From Lingula anatina (lineage: Eukaryota; Animalia; Brachiopoda), in the NCBI GenBank assembly GCA_051362555.1, contig CM120640.1, forward strand, positions 47,160,788 through 47,224,787: a stretch of 64,000 nucleotides of DNA, read 5' to 3'. Shown here piece after piece: positions 38,441-52,206 of this stretch; positions within the stretch are counted from its first letter, which is position 1; each line of letters begins with the position of its first letter. The notes beneath the pieces are model-generated. The model was not told where the DNA came from. It saw only the letters and a program-made list of their open reading frames with translations, and did no database searches. The translations under genes and the position numbers were made by a program.

Positions 38441-38780
38441 CTGGGGACTGTTTCACAAAAATCCGTATAAGTTATCTGTCTAAGATTAGAGAGATAAAAT
38501 CAAATAGCTCACCTCGCAACCAACCTTTGCGTAATTGATCTAAGAGCTTTTGAGAAAGATTGGCCCACAATAAATGCATTTGACATACACAAATGGGCTA
38601 CTCTCACCACAGAGAGTTAAGCCGTCTTCTAGACAATCACAATTTACTCAAGGGACACAGTTTTAAGATCTAAAAATAAAAACGAGGGAGGCGGACTTTT
38701 AAATTATTTGTGCAACGTAACTTAGCTAAGTATTACTAGGCTAATCAAGGTTTTAGGGCCTTTTGTAAAACAGGCCCTAG
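38441..38780. mobile_element. Old PIF/Harbinger-like MITE remnant
   Basis: CTGGGGACTGTTTCACAAAA vs reverse complement CTAGGGCCTGTTTTACAAAA (17/20 match). Confidence 0.4.
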
Positions 38781-41700
38781 AAACATTTTCTAAAAGTGCA
38801 GGGCGTCTTTTGTCGTCTATACCAGAAGATGAATTCAGGCAAGATGATTTAAAACCGAAAATCGGCCAAACTTTCGTTATTAGATGATCATATTTCAAAA
38901 AAAAATCTGTAATCTAATCATCTGATGACGAAAGTAAAGACAGTTTCCGGTCTTACACTACTCTGTAAAAATACAACAAATGTTTTGATCTGTATTGAAG
39001 CGGCCTAATAGCAGTTTTATGCATTTACATTATAGATTAAAGTGTAGGCTTCAGCCTTGTGTTCTTAAATCAGTTAAAAATAAGCGAAATTCAACAAAAA
39101 AATCAGGATTCACACACTTATTTTTGATCAACCAAGATAAAGTAAGGTGATTGCTGGACCCTACTTCAAACCGCATGTATTCCGGTTAGCACAGAGCACT
39201 CACTGCAGACGTATAAATCATCTCTAGCGGAGTTTAGAACTGATTTAAAGTATGTGTGGGGTGAACAGGTTCCTGCTCCAGCGAGCGAGGAACGCCAGAG
39301 ATTGACGCGTATCCTCTCACCGGGGTAAAATTAAAGCCAATAGATGCTGATAGGCAAGACGTGAGGAATGCTCTAACTAGAGCACTTGAGGCTACATCAC
39401 GTCTTCATGCATCCTTGGATGTAATTAGATTAGAAGTTTTTTATCTGAGAGAATTGGATGAACTATCAAAAGGCAAAGTGGCGTTATTATATTTGCGATA
39501 TGATTATTTTATTTCACATTGCAGGCAGTTTGTCTTGCTGTAACGTCAACTGTAACGCCTTTGGACACATTTTTAGCTTGAATGAACTATTTAATCCACT
39601 AAACGACCTTCATGCTGAGTATTTCTTTGATAAGTTATGACTGAAATGAAGTTTTTAAACTTAAATCTAAGAAATAAGGTCTTATGGAACTGAACCTGAC
39701 CTGCTGTCACAATTTGCGCTGGTCGTCAAAGGGAGAAGATACAGAGATATTCCAGCCAACTTTCTAAATCTTCCCAATCATCGTGGTAGTGACAGTGGCA
39801 ATCTAAATGCAAAACCGTGTATGTCTACCAACAAAAACATTGGGAAGTGCACCAAGGGCGGTATGACTTGTAGCGATTTTTGTTTACCGCAGCCGACAAC
39901 GTGGCTGAAATAATCTGACATACAAATGTCCTCCTGTAAGATAAAGGTCAATCACGCGGTTGAACAAACAGGGCTCATGATCGATATGTACTTCTAAGTT
40001 GGCCAAAATTATGTGTACCATATTAACCGAGAAATTGAATTAGTATTTTTCATCGTGTGATCCACTCAATTTCACTTAATAACCCTGTACCGAAGCCTTA
40101 CTGCGGTCTTAGTGGAGTTTTAAAGGTACATGTATACTATACACGATTGAAAATGCCCCTACTTGCCAGTCATATTTTCATGTCTAAATATCCTGCAAAG
40201 CTATTTATCTTCCCTAATTCAGATCTTTAAACGATAAAACTCTCAAATAAAAGAGCCTGATGTCGAAACTTCCTTCTGAAATGTCATGAAGACGTAATGG
40301 TCTAAATGAATCGCAATTCGTTTAGAACTAAGTCATTTAATGCGAAATGGTACCAAACATCTGATCTAAGTGCAGGGACGGATCGATTAATAATAGTTGT
40401 CAAGGGTGGAATTGCTTTATTTTCAAGGAAAATTAGATTTGGTGCTGTAACCCCCCATAGAATACCTTTAAGCAATTGTCTTAGTCAATTAATGATTAGG
40501 CATCACGCCTGATCCCATAATTATCTAGTTAGTTTAATAAATGGTCAATGTGGGATCTAACTTGTTATTCAGTTAACTATCACTTTTATTTTCATTGGGT
40601 CTCTATTGCTATTGTTATTTGAAATGCTGTTGGCAATTTTGGATCCACGTGTAAATGAATTGTGGTCCCCATTATTCTCTGCTATCCTGCAGCCGCTCTT
40701 CTACTTTGAAACAAGGTGCGACCGTTCTGGTAAACAACAGAACAAAGGTCATTGGTGGCAATAAAGATAATTATATGAGATTTTGCAGTCAATTAATACT
40801 CGATACTCCAACAGGCGACGATATCGTTTGGCCCACCTAGGCTTACATAGTTGCTTGATCGGTTGTTTTGGATTGTTTTGTTGTTTTATAGCCTTGCAAC
40901 TCTTAGAATGATTCCGCAGCGGAAATTCTAAAGCCACGTGTGCAAATAATCCAGTAAGTCGCCTGTGTAAAGAATCCGAGAAGTCTCCCCTTGTAATAAA
41001 TCCCTTAAGGTAAAGAAGGGTAGCCTACAGGTATAGGCCTTGTAAGCAGGGTTTTGGTTTTTAAAAGCCTGTTTTATCCTTTTAGTAAGAAAGCACATTT
41101 GTATGAATAAAAGCATTTCCTTTCTTTTTCGTTTTAGCAAACAAGGTCAGACAAAAACTAGGCAATCTTTTCCCAAATTGTTTTTAACCTAGTGCATTAG
41201 CCCACTGACTTTTAAAAGTCTTTTGTACCTAGGTTTGTATGTTTTTCTCTTCGAGTTATATCATCTACGCCGGTAGCTCATTTGAATGAGTTCAATTTCG
41301 TAATGACTGCAAGGTTATTCAATACAACAAGCCCACGGGGATTATATGAAAATTGGGTGACATATAACGGTGGGTATTAATTTGAATACTGATTGACTCT
41401 TTGCAGTCAAATCATCAAAGCTGTTCAGTTCTTCTTTGATGTAATTGTCACTTAAAGGATCCCGGCAGTATTTTACATTTTTTCTGATTAATAGGAGAGA
41501 AATGTGTTATTAAATTAATCGATCGCTTTGCAATAAACTATGCGAATCACATCAATAATCAATTGGAATTTTTGGAATTGAAAGTGTACGTTTTTATTGA
41601 TTGGTTGATTTTAAACTGCAAACAATGCGTTTACGAAATTATCCGTAGTTAGGTTCCAATTCAGTTGGCTAAATTAGACTAGTTGCCATCAAAAAGACTC

Positions 41701-43391
41701 CGATCGAAAAGTGCGTCTTACAAGGCCCATTGTTTTATAAACTTTTAATGAAACTTAAATGACAATTGAGAGCTACCCTGATTATATTCACTGATTGCTT
41801 TACGGTGTTTGCCCAATACCGTTGGCATTCAATTCAATTCAATAGACATTTGAACGAAGTTCCTGTCATTATCAGTCAAAAGGGAAAAAGATATCTTTCG
41901 ATTTCATAGACAACACTCTAAATGAAGCTCTGTTATCTGCAAGTTAACCCAAATAATTCAATGAGTTATTGAATTTGAACTCTTGAATTAGTGTAAGACT
42001 TGAAAGTTTGAACTCGTTGCCCTGCGCCTGTTTACGTGAATAAGTGCAAAATCCAAAGTGACGGAAATTGACAGTTAAACCGGATGGGTAAGATTTTCAA
42101 CTACAGATGATATCAAATCAACTGCTTGGAATGTGCTTTGCTCTTTAGTTGCACCGATAGATACCACGAATCCAGTCTAGCCAGTGAGACGTTGCAAGAA
42201 CATAGCGCTGGCACATGCACTATAGTGTATATGGTTTTTGGCACCATTGGTTATATTTTTTACTCCGCAAAGGGAAATGACACTCACATTTTCTATCTTA
42301 ACAATATTATTCCTTTATGTATAGATCTAATTTTTGCTCAATATTTACAATTTTGCTCAAAATAACATTTGCACAAAATTGAGTTCTTATAAAAAAAACT
42401 TGATCAAGAAAATGGCCAATCCCCCCGTCTTCTCCATACATTTCACTTGTCTGGTTTGATTCGGTTAAGAGCATTGTTTTTCATCTGTTTTGTTTCAAGC
42501 AAAAGCAACATTAAACATCAGTCTAGCATCGATTTATTTCCCAGCACATTGTTTAGGGGCCTCCGTGGATCGCTGTTCAGCTAACCAACGTTCACGCCAG
42601 TTCGGTCAATCATTCCCTGTGGAGGAAGTACACGAATCTGTTCGACATAAATAGTGCTGCCAATACGGTTACAAGGGAAGCTTTAACAATGCGATTACAC
42701 CGCCAGTATCTCCAAGTCTTTCATCAAGTGGGGACTTGATGTATTGACTTAGTACTGACCCAATATACGGGCTCAGTATCTGTGACGTTATAAAACGTAA
42801 AAGCTTTTTGGTCTGCAGCCGCTGTTATATATATACCGGTAACTGGAACTGAAACGACACTTTGAAACACATTTGCTTATACACAATGCACAATATACCT
42901 ACTAATTATAGGTCCTACGGGTTCGAGCTCACCTTTTGAAAAGTGTTGCTGTTTAGTATGAATTAGTTTTTTGAAAATGTTCACATTTTACCGCATTATT
43001 GGTGGCTCTTTGAGGTTTCGTTATAATTCATCATCGAAGTGCACTTGACGACAGTTTATGAAGATTGATGGAATGTGCGTCACCGAGTTTTTTGATTAAG
43101 TATGAAAAAAAGCACGAAAAGTGGAATGCTTAAGAAAGATACAATAAATGTATGACATTTTTGTGTTAAGTAACTGGCATGCACGGATTAAATATGTACA
43201 GGATATTAATCAAAACGTTGAATGTAAATTTTCACAGCACAAATCTCAAATTTGAGCCGGTAATTGGGTTTAAAAGTTACGGTAGTTGGTTTTAAATGCT
43301 CAAAAAATTTGCAGATATGTATACCAAGGTTTTAAAGTTTTACAAAATATCTTATTTCTATCTAATATCCAAAGCCTAGTGTTTTTATATT

Positions 43392-43394
<3 letters not shown>

Positions 43395-43446
<52 letters not shown>
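43395..43446. repeat. (GA)n microsatellite
   Basis: Seen directly. Confidence 0.95.
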
Positions 43447-44869
43447 TTGGAGTGTAGATATGCTTGAGTTATTCCCGTGTTCACTTTCAGTGAAACTTTG
43501 GTTAAAGAAAAGGCTTCCCTGTCTACGGCACATATGCTTCAATCCATGCCCCTTCTTAATGTTTTCCATAGCCTGGTGATATCTATCCTAATCCAATGAG
43601 GGGGTTCAGGGGTCCAGTCCTACTGCAGTAACTCCTACCTATTTCAAATCGAGATATTAAGTCTTTCATTTTTGGCCCTGCCCATCAGATTCATAACTTT
43701 TTTTTAATCACACAAACTTGCCTTCATTTATTTCATTGCCTCCGTGTTCATTTAAGCTTGGAAAGTTTTTGCATTGGTCGTACTTTAGTGTTTTCCTTCT
43801 GGAATTTAGGTTTTAAAAAAGTCCAATTAACCTTTTCAAACCGGAGTTTACGTCTGTGCTCACACGTAAACCAATCATCTAGTTTGCCGCCCAGGTCAAG
43901 ATGCAAACAAAACTAACCGGTGACCAAACTGACACTGACCAGCAACTGTCACGTGCTGATGGACCTGTCTTGAAAAGCGGTAATGATGTTGTTATAAATC
44001 CCATACTTGAATCCTTGCATACTGAATGTATTCTCTTTGATACCTAATTTTTAAAACTCATTGACATCGAATGATCTGGCATGTTTATGATCTCAGTTTA
44101 TTGTGCAGACAGATGTACTATTACTCACAAATACATCTTACGTGAGCCTATCACTATCACATTTTTTCTGTTCTCCTGTTTTTGGACCTTTACAGCATTA
44201 TACTGACAAAGCTTTAACGAGATAACGTGAAGCAGGTACCCCGGCAGCAATCAAAGTAATACAAAATTAATCTTTTCATGGTTTGTCAAAACACCTTTAG
44301 GGATTTATATTATGAATTAGATCATGTTCTGAGTTGTAGGTATTGGCATATGTCAAATCATTAGCAGCATAAAAATCAACTTAAACATTTCCCCAAAGTG
44401 ACTATGCCTGGAACGTATTCGATTCTGTTTTCTATTTTTCGTGCTAAATTGATGACAACCACGCTAAAATTCTTATTTTTCGCAAGTGCATGCGTGCGTG
44501 TATTTGTGTGTGAGGGATAGAAAGAGGTAGGGTGACAATTTATGTGCCTGCATGTGTATGTGTGCTCACAGGGTGCAGATTATAATGAAGAATTGGATTC
44601 AATGGTTTATTATATGTAATTAAGACTTAAGATGATCTGTCAATCGCAATTTGGGAGAGGGCAGCTATTATTATAAATCTGTCCCTGCTGTATTTCGCTT
44701 TCTGGAGAAGAGCATGCGGCAAGGGAATCGCGTTTCATCGGAGAATTGATTTGACTTTTGAAATGAGTTTCGGTTAATGACGAGAAGGAAGTCTTGCAAT
44801 AATGCAATTGAGCAATATTTTCGGTCATCGACATCCACATGGCTTTGCATCATCTAGCTTCTTTTAATG

Positions 44870-44870
<1 letters not shown>

Positions 44871-44927
<57 letters not shown>

Positions 44928-44953
44928 TGGGTATATATATATATATACTGGGT
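44871..44953. repeat. (TA)n microsatellite with duplicated (TA)n-CTGGG unit
   Basis: Seen directly. Confidence 0.95.
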
Positions 44954-45238
44954 GCAACAATATCAGTGGAAGAGGGTTTTTTGCCTGTGTGCATATTACG
45001 GGGAGCTGCAGTTAGAGTCGTTAAGATTAAGCAGGGTACGTGCACTTGTATCTATTCCTGTGTTTGAGGAAACAGATGTAAAAGGCATATTTCTAAATAT
45101 CGTTGTATGCATTTCACCACAGCCTGTTCTCACAAACAGTACCGGTTACATCCATCCTCATCGGGCCTTTGTTCATGATCGTTGATTAAATTCAACAATT
45201 TCACCATGGTTGCTTTACTGTTTCGGTCAATGATATCT

Positions 45239-45543
45239 AAAGGAAAAGACGACTTAGCAATTTGGATCCTTTAAGGTTCCAAATGGTATACATATCCAGC
45301 TTTTTCCCAGTTGATAGAAAGGTGGAGCTTATAAGGATAAATTCATTAATCTCAATATGTTTGCCACTTAACTGTTATGTTCGCAAATGTCATAAAACCT
45401 TTTGGGAATATGAAGTGATATTAAAGTGATTTCTGTCTTTTTTTTTTTAATACACGTTTCATCATCTTTGTCGTCGGCAAAAATGATCGTATTCGTTAAT
45501 AAAAGATAAACAACGAAAGTGAAAAGGGTTTAGTCCTACAATA
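45239..45543 (+). repeat. Local duplication, copy 1 (~305 bp)
   Basis: Near-identical to 47497-47826. Confidence 0.95.
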
Positions 45544-47186
45544 AACAACAACAAATCAGTTTCCATGTGATTCGTGACTAAGAGTTAAAAACCAGAAAAT
45601 CTTGAAAGCACTTTTTAGCGGAATGAGGCACGCATCTCTCTGCAATGCTGACAGATATGTTGGACGAAATGCTAGTCACTGCTTCCTCAATTACGGTTTC
45701 TCTAACCCTTCCAAGAAATTAGTTCCATAAAATAGGTGCATAACTAATTGTTGTCTAATGTTTCATGCATCATGGGTCGTATTCCAGGAAGATATCAATA
45801 AAAAATATAAAGGACTTGAAATAACTGCGGCATACCTGCAATGAAAGAGATCGTTGTTTGAGTGCACCACCGTGATTATAACAGTCAAGGTCAATTAGGA
45901 GTAGTGACTTAAGTCAATGGTGGGTGAGTACAAACACTGATTAAAAGTGCCTTAACAAAGGCGATAAAATTAGACTACAAAAGACTTAAAACAGAGAAAA
46001 TAAAAAAGGATGCTGGGCGCAACTTTAGCGCGAGCGCACCGAAGTAATATTCCTCCGCTCGATCAATATCTACTGACTACAATGTATACACTCATTTCTG
46101 GTTCCTTAAAAGAGTTTGGATTAGGTTATCAAAAGCCAATAAGTAACATTTTCTGGGTGTGATCACAAACCAAACCATGACCTTATATCACGGATTACAC
46201 AGCTAGATACTGTACATGTATAACAGTGTTTGGTAACATTCAGCCAAGCAGACGACGACCGAAACAGACTGTATGCATTTCCATTTTAACTATAAAATAA
46301 CGTTTTATTTTGAAGCAAAATCCTTCATGAAATTTGATTATGCCATTAAATGAATTTGAGATATGAAAGTTGAAGAAAATACTTCTATGGCGTGTGACGG
46401 TGCACAATATTAGCTGGATCAGAGCCAAAGATAAAACCTCATTTGGACAATGGCTTCAACTTGGAATGTTTCCATTCATTCCAGTAGCAACGTTTTTTTT
46501 TTCGGCTTCAGTAATTCGCAAACCAGTCAAGTGCATTCTGATACAATGCATTGACTTCTTGTTAAGCGTTTCCGTCGATTCCCTGTACAACTGGCAATCA
46601 AACAGTTACAAAGTGCCGTAATTCGCTTTGATTGTTCACCCACGTACAAAGTGAATCTGATGTGAAACGCTCGGCAGAAACAAGACCCATCAAACAGTTT
46701 TAAATTTGGCGATCCAAGCTAGAAACAATTCAGACATTTAGAGCATAAACGCATTTCATCAGTATCAACTGGTCGGAAGTATGAAATGATTATAGGCCTT
46801 GTGTAGTGATGTTGTGCAGCGCTAGGATTAACCTGCTAAATAGATTTATGTCCTGTTTGACGACAAGAATTTTTATTTGATATGAGTAGAAAAAAAAAAC
46901 AAATATCCTTGGAAATCTGCCTACAATTTTACATTGTATACGAGTGCAAACTTATTTCACAAAAGTTAAATTTGTTATACTTACACTTGTTTTTTAAATA
47001 AATATTTGCCACTATGTCTTTGTAATTTCATATATTTTGCCCATCAATGTAATTAATGTTCTGTTAATAAACATCTTATTCAACTTTACATAATATTTTA
47101 AACTGCCATCTGCCTCTAGTTTTCCTTTTCCTCTCTAGTAAGTACACATTGGTCAGGGTAGTAATAAATACACGTTATTCATTTAA

Positions 47187-47375
47187 GCCCCCTTTACACT
47201 GGACGGCGTCCTTTGCGCGTCCCGTAGTACGACCCCGTTTGAGAGTAAAAAAGTAATACTTTACGTGCCGACAACTAGCTGTTCATATACCACTCATTCT
47301 GCAACCAAAGCAATGTTTGTGCCTCCTTTCTACAACCACAGCGGTGCCAGTTTCATGGTCACACAAAGGACGCAG
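47187..47375 (+). mobile_element. PIF/Harbinger-like MITE, copy retaining the left TIR
   Basis: TAA|GCCCCCTTTACACTGGACGGCGTCCTTT; internal match to 30221-30396 (TGCCGACAACT, GCCTCCTTTC, TGCCAGTTTCATGGTC). Confidence 0.75.
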
Positions 47376-47496
47376 TCCTTTGTACAGGGGATTTTGCAAA
47401 GCCGCCCAATCCTCGACACTCACTTCCGTTTCCTCTTTGTCCCTCTGTCTTCACAGAGGAAAAGGACTTTAATACTGCTTGATACAAACGTGTGGA

Positions 47497-47826
47497 AAAG
47501 GAAAAGACGACTTGGCAATTTGGATCCTTTAAGGTTCCAAATGGTATACCTATCCAGCTTTTTCCCAGTTGATAGAAAGGTGGAGCTTATAAGGATAAAT
47601 TCATTAATCTCAATATGTTTGCCACTTTACTGCTATGTTCGCAAATGTCATAAAACCTTTTGGGAATATGAATATGACGCCCTTTCCCGCGGAAATGTTT
47701 AAAGTGATTTCTCTGTGTTTTTTTTTAACGGAATACACGTTTCATCATCTTTGTCGGCGGCAAAAATGATCGTATTCGTTAATAAAAGATAAACAACGGA
47801 AGTGAAAAGGGTTTTGTCCTACAATA
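47497..47826 (+). repeat. Local duplication, copy 2 (with ~20-bp extra segment around CGCCCTTTCCCGCGGAAA)
   Basis: Near-identical to 45239-45543. Confidence 0.95.
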
Positions 47827-48065
47827 TACTCGTCGTCTCCGTTAACGGTGTTGTTTTGTCGGTGTGTCTGTTTCTTACTGGTCAAATAACCTCAAATCTC
47901 AAGAAGTACTTTCCAAATTTTGATGGAATTTTTAGCTTAGAAACTTATTTTCGAGAGGAAAAGGTGATTACAGTTTTAACCGAAGCCGGGTCCTGAAATA
48001 TTTTATTCAATTTTTCTATTGCCTTTTTCCATGAAGGAGGTCGGTCCTCTAGGAGCAGTCTAGTT
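47827..48065 (-). mobile_element. Degenerate Helentron-associated (HINE/DINE-like) element, opposite orientation to 49236-49492
   Basis: GTGTGTCTGT tract, ATTTTGATGGAATTTT, and GGAGGTC...CTCT...TCTAGTT end mirror the reverse complement of the 49.3 kb element. Confidence 0.5.
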
Positions 48066-49235
48066 AAAATCGTTTTGAAAATTCCAGGTAGTAATTTGCG
48101 TACGTGCATAGCCAAGCTGAACCTATGAATATTTCAGTCCTTCAAACAAGAGCACGCGAAAGTGTAGTCATTGATGATTATATTCAATTTAAAAACACCT
48201 GCATGTCATTGTAATTTTATTGTTTGTCGAAGCTATTACGAGTTGTGTAATGTTGCTCGCGTGGAAATAACATTAAAGATGCAGGCCAATGATGAATACA
48301 TTACTGTGAATGCGCAAAGTGCAGCTGATTCAAATCCGGTTTCACCATTATCTCTCTACATTTACTGCAGAGCAATTTGGTAGTGCGTGAGGAAACTGCA
48401 TGTAAATGTAGTGCATATATCATCCACAACTATAACATGCCTATTAGATTTTCTTCACCTTTTTTAGACTTTTGGTCCAATCCTTGATGCCTACGACTTA
48501 AAAGCTACTAAAACACATTTTATTTCATGTTATGGCGAACGACGGGCCTTTTCGCGTGGAATCAACACGCAAAGCACCCGTGGATTTATGATGAATCTGA
48601 GAAGTAAGTGGCAGATGATAGCAGCAATATAGTACAGTTTGTCGTCTTTAATATTCCGAAACCTAGGGTCCGTCAAATGTGACTGTATCAGTCACGCTAA
48701 CAGGAAATTTGTAGGACATCTATATGGCTTCCTGATATGACGGACACCTTGTGAAACCTTTTGAGACAATATTCACTGCAATGTCTTCATCTCACAGGTA
48801 ATAGGCCCCGTAGAACTATCGGTGTTGGTGACTTTTTTTTTTTTTTTTTGCAAAGCACTTTGTCATATAAAAACTTTGAGGCGGTGAAACATTTACTGGT
48901 ATTTACACTATTGCACCATTATCAACAAGTCACATATAAAAAATATGATCACTGGTATATTTCTTTGTTGATGCAATTTTCCGTATAAAATAAACCCCCT
49001 GAGACCAGTGCAAATGACATGCATCTATAGTTTCAAATGAAAGTGTCAAAATGCCCTTTGTACCCCTCTGATGGTTGGGTCTTGGGTATGGGCCTGTGGA
49101 TCCTAGATAGACATGGTCAACTGTTTAACTCCAAATTTGCCTTTGTAAGTATTAATCTGAGTATTTACACCCAATATTCCTTCAAAGCAGAAATGGTGTT
49201 CTCGTTTTTAAAAAGTATATAGGTTTACATGTATC

Positions 49236-49492
49236 AACTAGAAAAGCACTCAGAGAGCGCAGACCTCCGCCAAGGCAGCAAAGTCTCCATCCAGTGCCGT
49301 TTCACCCCTAAATTTTCGATATTTTTTATTATTGATCCGGATCACCACCACAAACTAATCATCTGTTCCTTGGACCACTTCTGACAGTTCCTGAAAATTT
49401 CATCAAAATCGGTCCATACCTTTTTGAGTTATGTTGATGACAGACAGACAGACAAACAGGGGTGAAAACATAACCTCCTTGGCAGAGGTAAT
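49236..49492 (+). mobile_element. Helentron-associated interspersed element (HINE/DINE-1-like), nearly intact
   Basis: AACTAGA end, subterminal IR ACCTCCGCCAAGG / CCTTGGCAGAGGT, terminal hairpin ACCTCCTTGGCAGAGGT, (ACAG)n microsatellite: the standard HINE architecture. Confidence 0.75.
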
Positions 49493-52067
49493 AAAATCTT
49501 TGCTTCAGCGCCCCATTACCCATTTATATAGGTAAAGCGCTACACAGCTCCTCTTGCTTATATTTAAGAACGATAGTATGGTACAGTAGGATGGGGAATA
49601 TAGTTGAGAACCTTTATCAGTAGGGTGTGCTATGATTGATATGTGTATGAGTGCGTGGGTATAGTACGGAAACACCACAGCAATGATGTATTTTGCTACA
49701 AAATTTTAACTTGTGAAAACAAGAAAAATAATGGAGGCATTTAATTAAATGTTGTTTTAACACCAATTAAACCACATAACCGCCCCCCCCCCCCCCAAGG
49801 TCCACTTAATGTCAATTTTAAAATAACGTTAGTTCATTTATAAAGGTGTTCGTTTAATGAATGTAATATGCAGTTTAGATTTTCATAGCTGAGCATCAAT
49901 AATTCTAAAACACGATCTTGCTTTGCTGCTACTAACGCACCATACCTGTATGCATTTCATTTATATGGCGATACATGTCTTGGGCTTGACTAGGATTTGT
50001 TAAAATTAAATCACATTTATTCTGTTATCATATAACCATAAGCATTGACAGAGCTCTCCACGACATGCTCATGGGCACATCATTATAAAGCGAGTTGGTG
50101 ATGTGGTTTTCTTTCCCCATCCAATCGGTTGATATCAATTTATTTATATGAAAGTCACAAAATCTCCCATGGTTTTGTTTGCTTAAGATGTAATGTAGCC
50201 ATTTACAAGAGACATGTCTCAGAAGGCTTTGAGTAGCGTATTATTTTTCACACTTGATCCGCTTAGTCCTTGTTTTTGAATAAAATCCCTATGATCCATA
50301 AGCCTGTATTATCGAGTGGCGTAAGTTTTCTTAAGGTGTAAGTTTGATTAGTGTTCTAAGACTCCTAGAGTTTCACACATACCTAATTAAGGTGCACCTG
50401 CAATGCTTGAGTTATGTGCTAAAGAAAAAAAACCCAGATGCGTTGTCTCAAAAACCCGAAAATCCAGGCAAGTATTTTTGAACTGCTAGTTCCTGACAAA
50501 ATTACAACAATGGTGTCCCTAAATACTGCCTGTAAATAGCACAGTGTGAGGTATGAAAATTAACACCTAGGCCCTTCAAACCCCTCCGTCTATTTTTCTT
50601 CCTGTTTCACCCATTCAAATGTGTTCAACAGAATAACTAAAAACGCTGAGTTGGTCTGACCTGAGCAAAAAAGTTGACCACCAAATATTTCAATATGGAA
50701 ATAATACTTTCTCGCTGTCATCAGTTTCATACGTTCTGTACAGTCTTCTCATCCCAACAACCTTTACAAAAAGGCACATAATTGCATAAAAAATTGAAAG
50801 GCATAATTTTGGTGTCACATGTAGGAACCCACTGTGTAACCCTTGGTGTTTTAAAGGGGTGAGCTTACTTCAATAAACATTTTTCTTAAACAATAAATTT
50901 TTAACTGTAACAGTTTGAAGAAAACTACATGCATCTTAGTTCTATTCTACAAAAATTATAACAAAAAAACTGTTTAACATCATTGTTATTAGAACTTGTA
51001 ATTGTAAAAAATGCAGCATGGGATTTTTTGACCCTGAAGGCAATGCAGTGTGACTGCAGAATGATATTAAATAGGCATAGGCACTTGCTGAAAATCTGAC
51101 AATTGCATCATTCATAATACCTTGTGCTCCCCCCCCCCCCCCTTAACATATCATCTGTAATCCTCACTGATCTTTTGGCATATGGACTCCATTGTTTATC
51201 CCTGATTTGACAGATTGTCATAGACAGAAACATCAAGAGACAAAAAATATTTGGATGTTCCCAATGGGAATTTGGTAATTCATAAAACGAGAAATAGCAG
51301 TGCTGACCTGACACTGCCATATCTACAACTTTCAGCTTGAATAAAAAGAAACATTTCTTACAAGCAAATTATTGTAATTTCAAAGCTTAACTCACAAAAC
51401 ATGGAAATACCAGTACCCTAAATGACTGTATGCTGCCACCAGAGCAGAACTGGCTGCTGGTATTGGCACTAATTTCTTAGTAACCCTGCATCAATCTTAA
51501 TAATTGAAATAAACAATACCCGAGCAACAAAGCAAAATAGTCTGTTTCTATATGTAAGATATTTTCTGCTTTGTTGGGTGGCACTTGTATTTAAGATTTT
51601 TGTATAACTGTAGTACAATAGTCATATGAAGTTGTATGCCACTGGTTTACAATCACAAAAACAGAAAAGAACAAGTCAGGAAGCCGTAACTTTGTAGCCA
51701 TTGTACTGGTATATATAAAACCTATATATGATTATTCAAGCAAAGCTATACACACACTGTCTTCAAGTTATGGGTTCCGACATCTGTGCCATCTCCTGAG
51801 CAGGCTGCCACTGGTTAAAATTCACTGTCATTCCTCTCCTATCTAATTTCAATGTATAATCTTGGCTTCCACTCCATAATTTTTTTTTCACAACTGTCCC
51901 ATTTATTAATTTAGGACTTCCACAGATGGCCAACCTGCTTTAATTATCTGAAGATTTAGTGATCTCAGTTAGATTTGACTTGGCTACCAGGTGGCACCCT
52001 GGCACTGAGGAGGATGAGCAGATCTAATTTCCCCAATTCTGTAACTGTAGGTCATATCTGTCACACT

Positions 52068-52105
52068 TCAAGTCTGCTGCTGGGTTTCATTCAATATTCC
52101 CGATT
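52068..52105 (-). CDS. Minus-strand gene, candidate distal last coding exon (QSGILNETQQQT*)
   Basis: Acceptor TTTTCTTTTCAG; phase 1 matches exon 56677-56760; TGA at 52068-70; AATAAA on the minus strand at 51902-07 and 50016-21. Confidence 0.55.
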
Positions 52106-52161
52106 CTGAAAAGAAAAATATCATAACAAATTTGGTCTAATATGTCAACATACACATGAAG

Positions 52162-52163
<2 letters not shown>

Positions 52164-52204
<41 letters not shown>
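52164..52204. repeat. (CA)n microsatellite
   Basis: Seen directly. Confidence 0.95.

Positions 52205-52206
<2 letters not shown>

Noticed and set aside
41304-41409. Partial inverted repeat (TGACTGCAA...TTGCAGTCA)
   Set aside because: Pairing is too interrupted to call an element confidently.
42900-42935. GGTTCGAG T-loop/B-box-like motif (tRNA or SINE)
   Set aside because: No cloverleaf or A-box could be built.
47265-47702. 145-aa ORF
   Set aside because: Non-ATG start, and composed of a MITE plus the duplicated segment.
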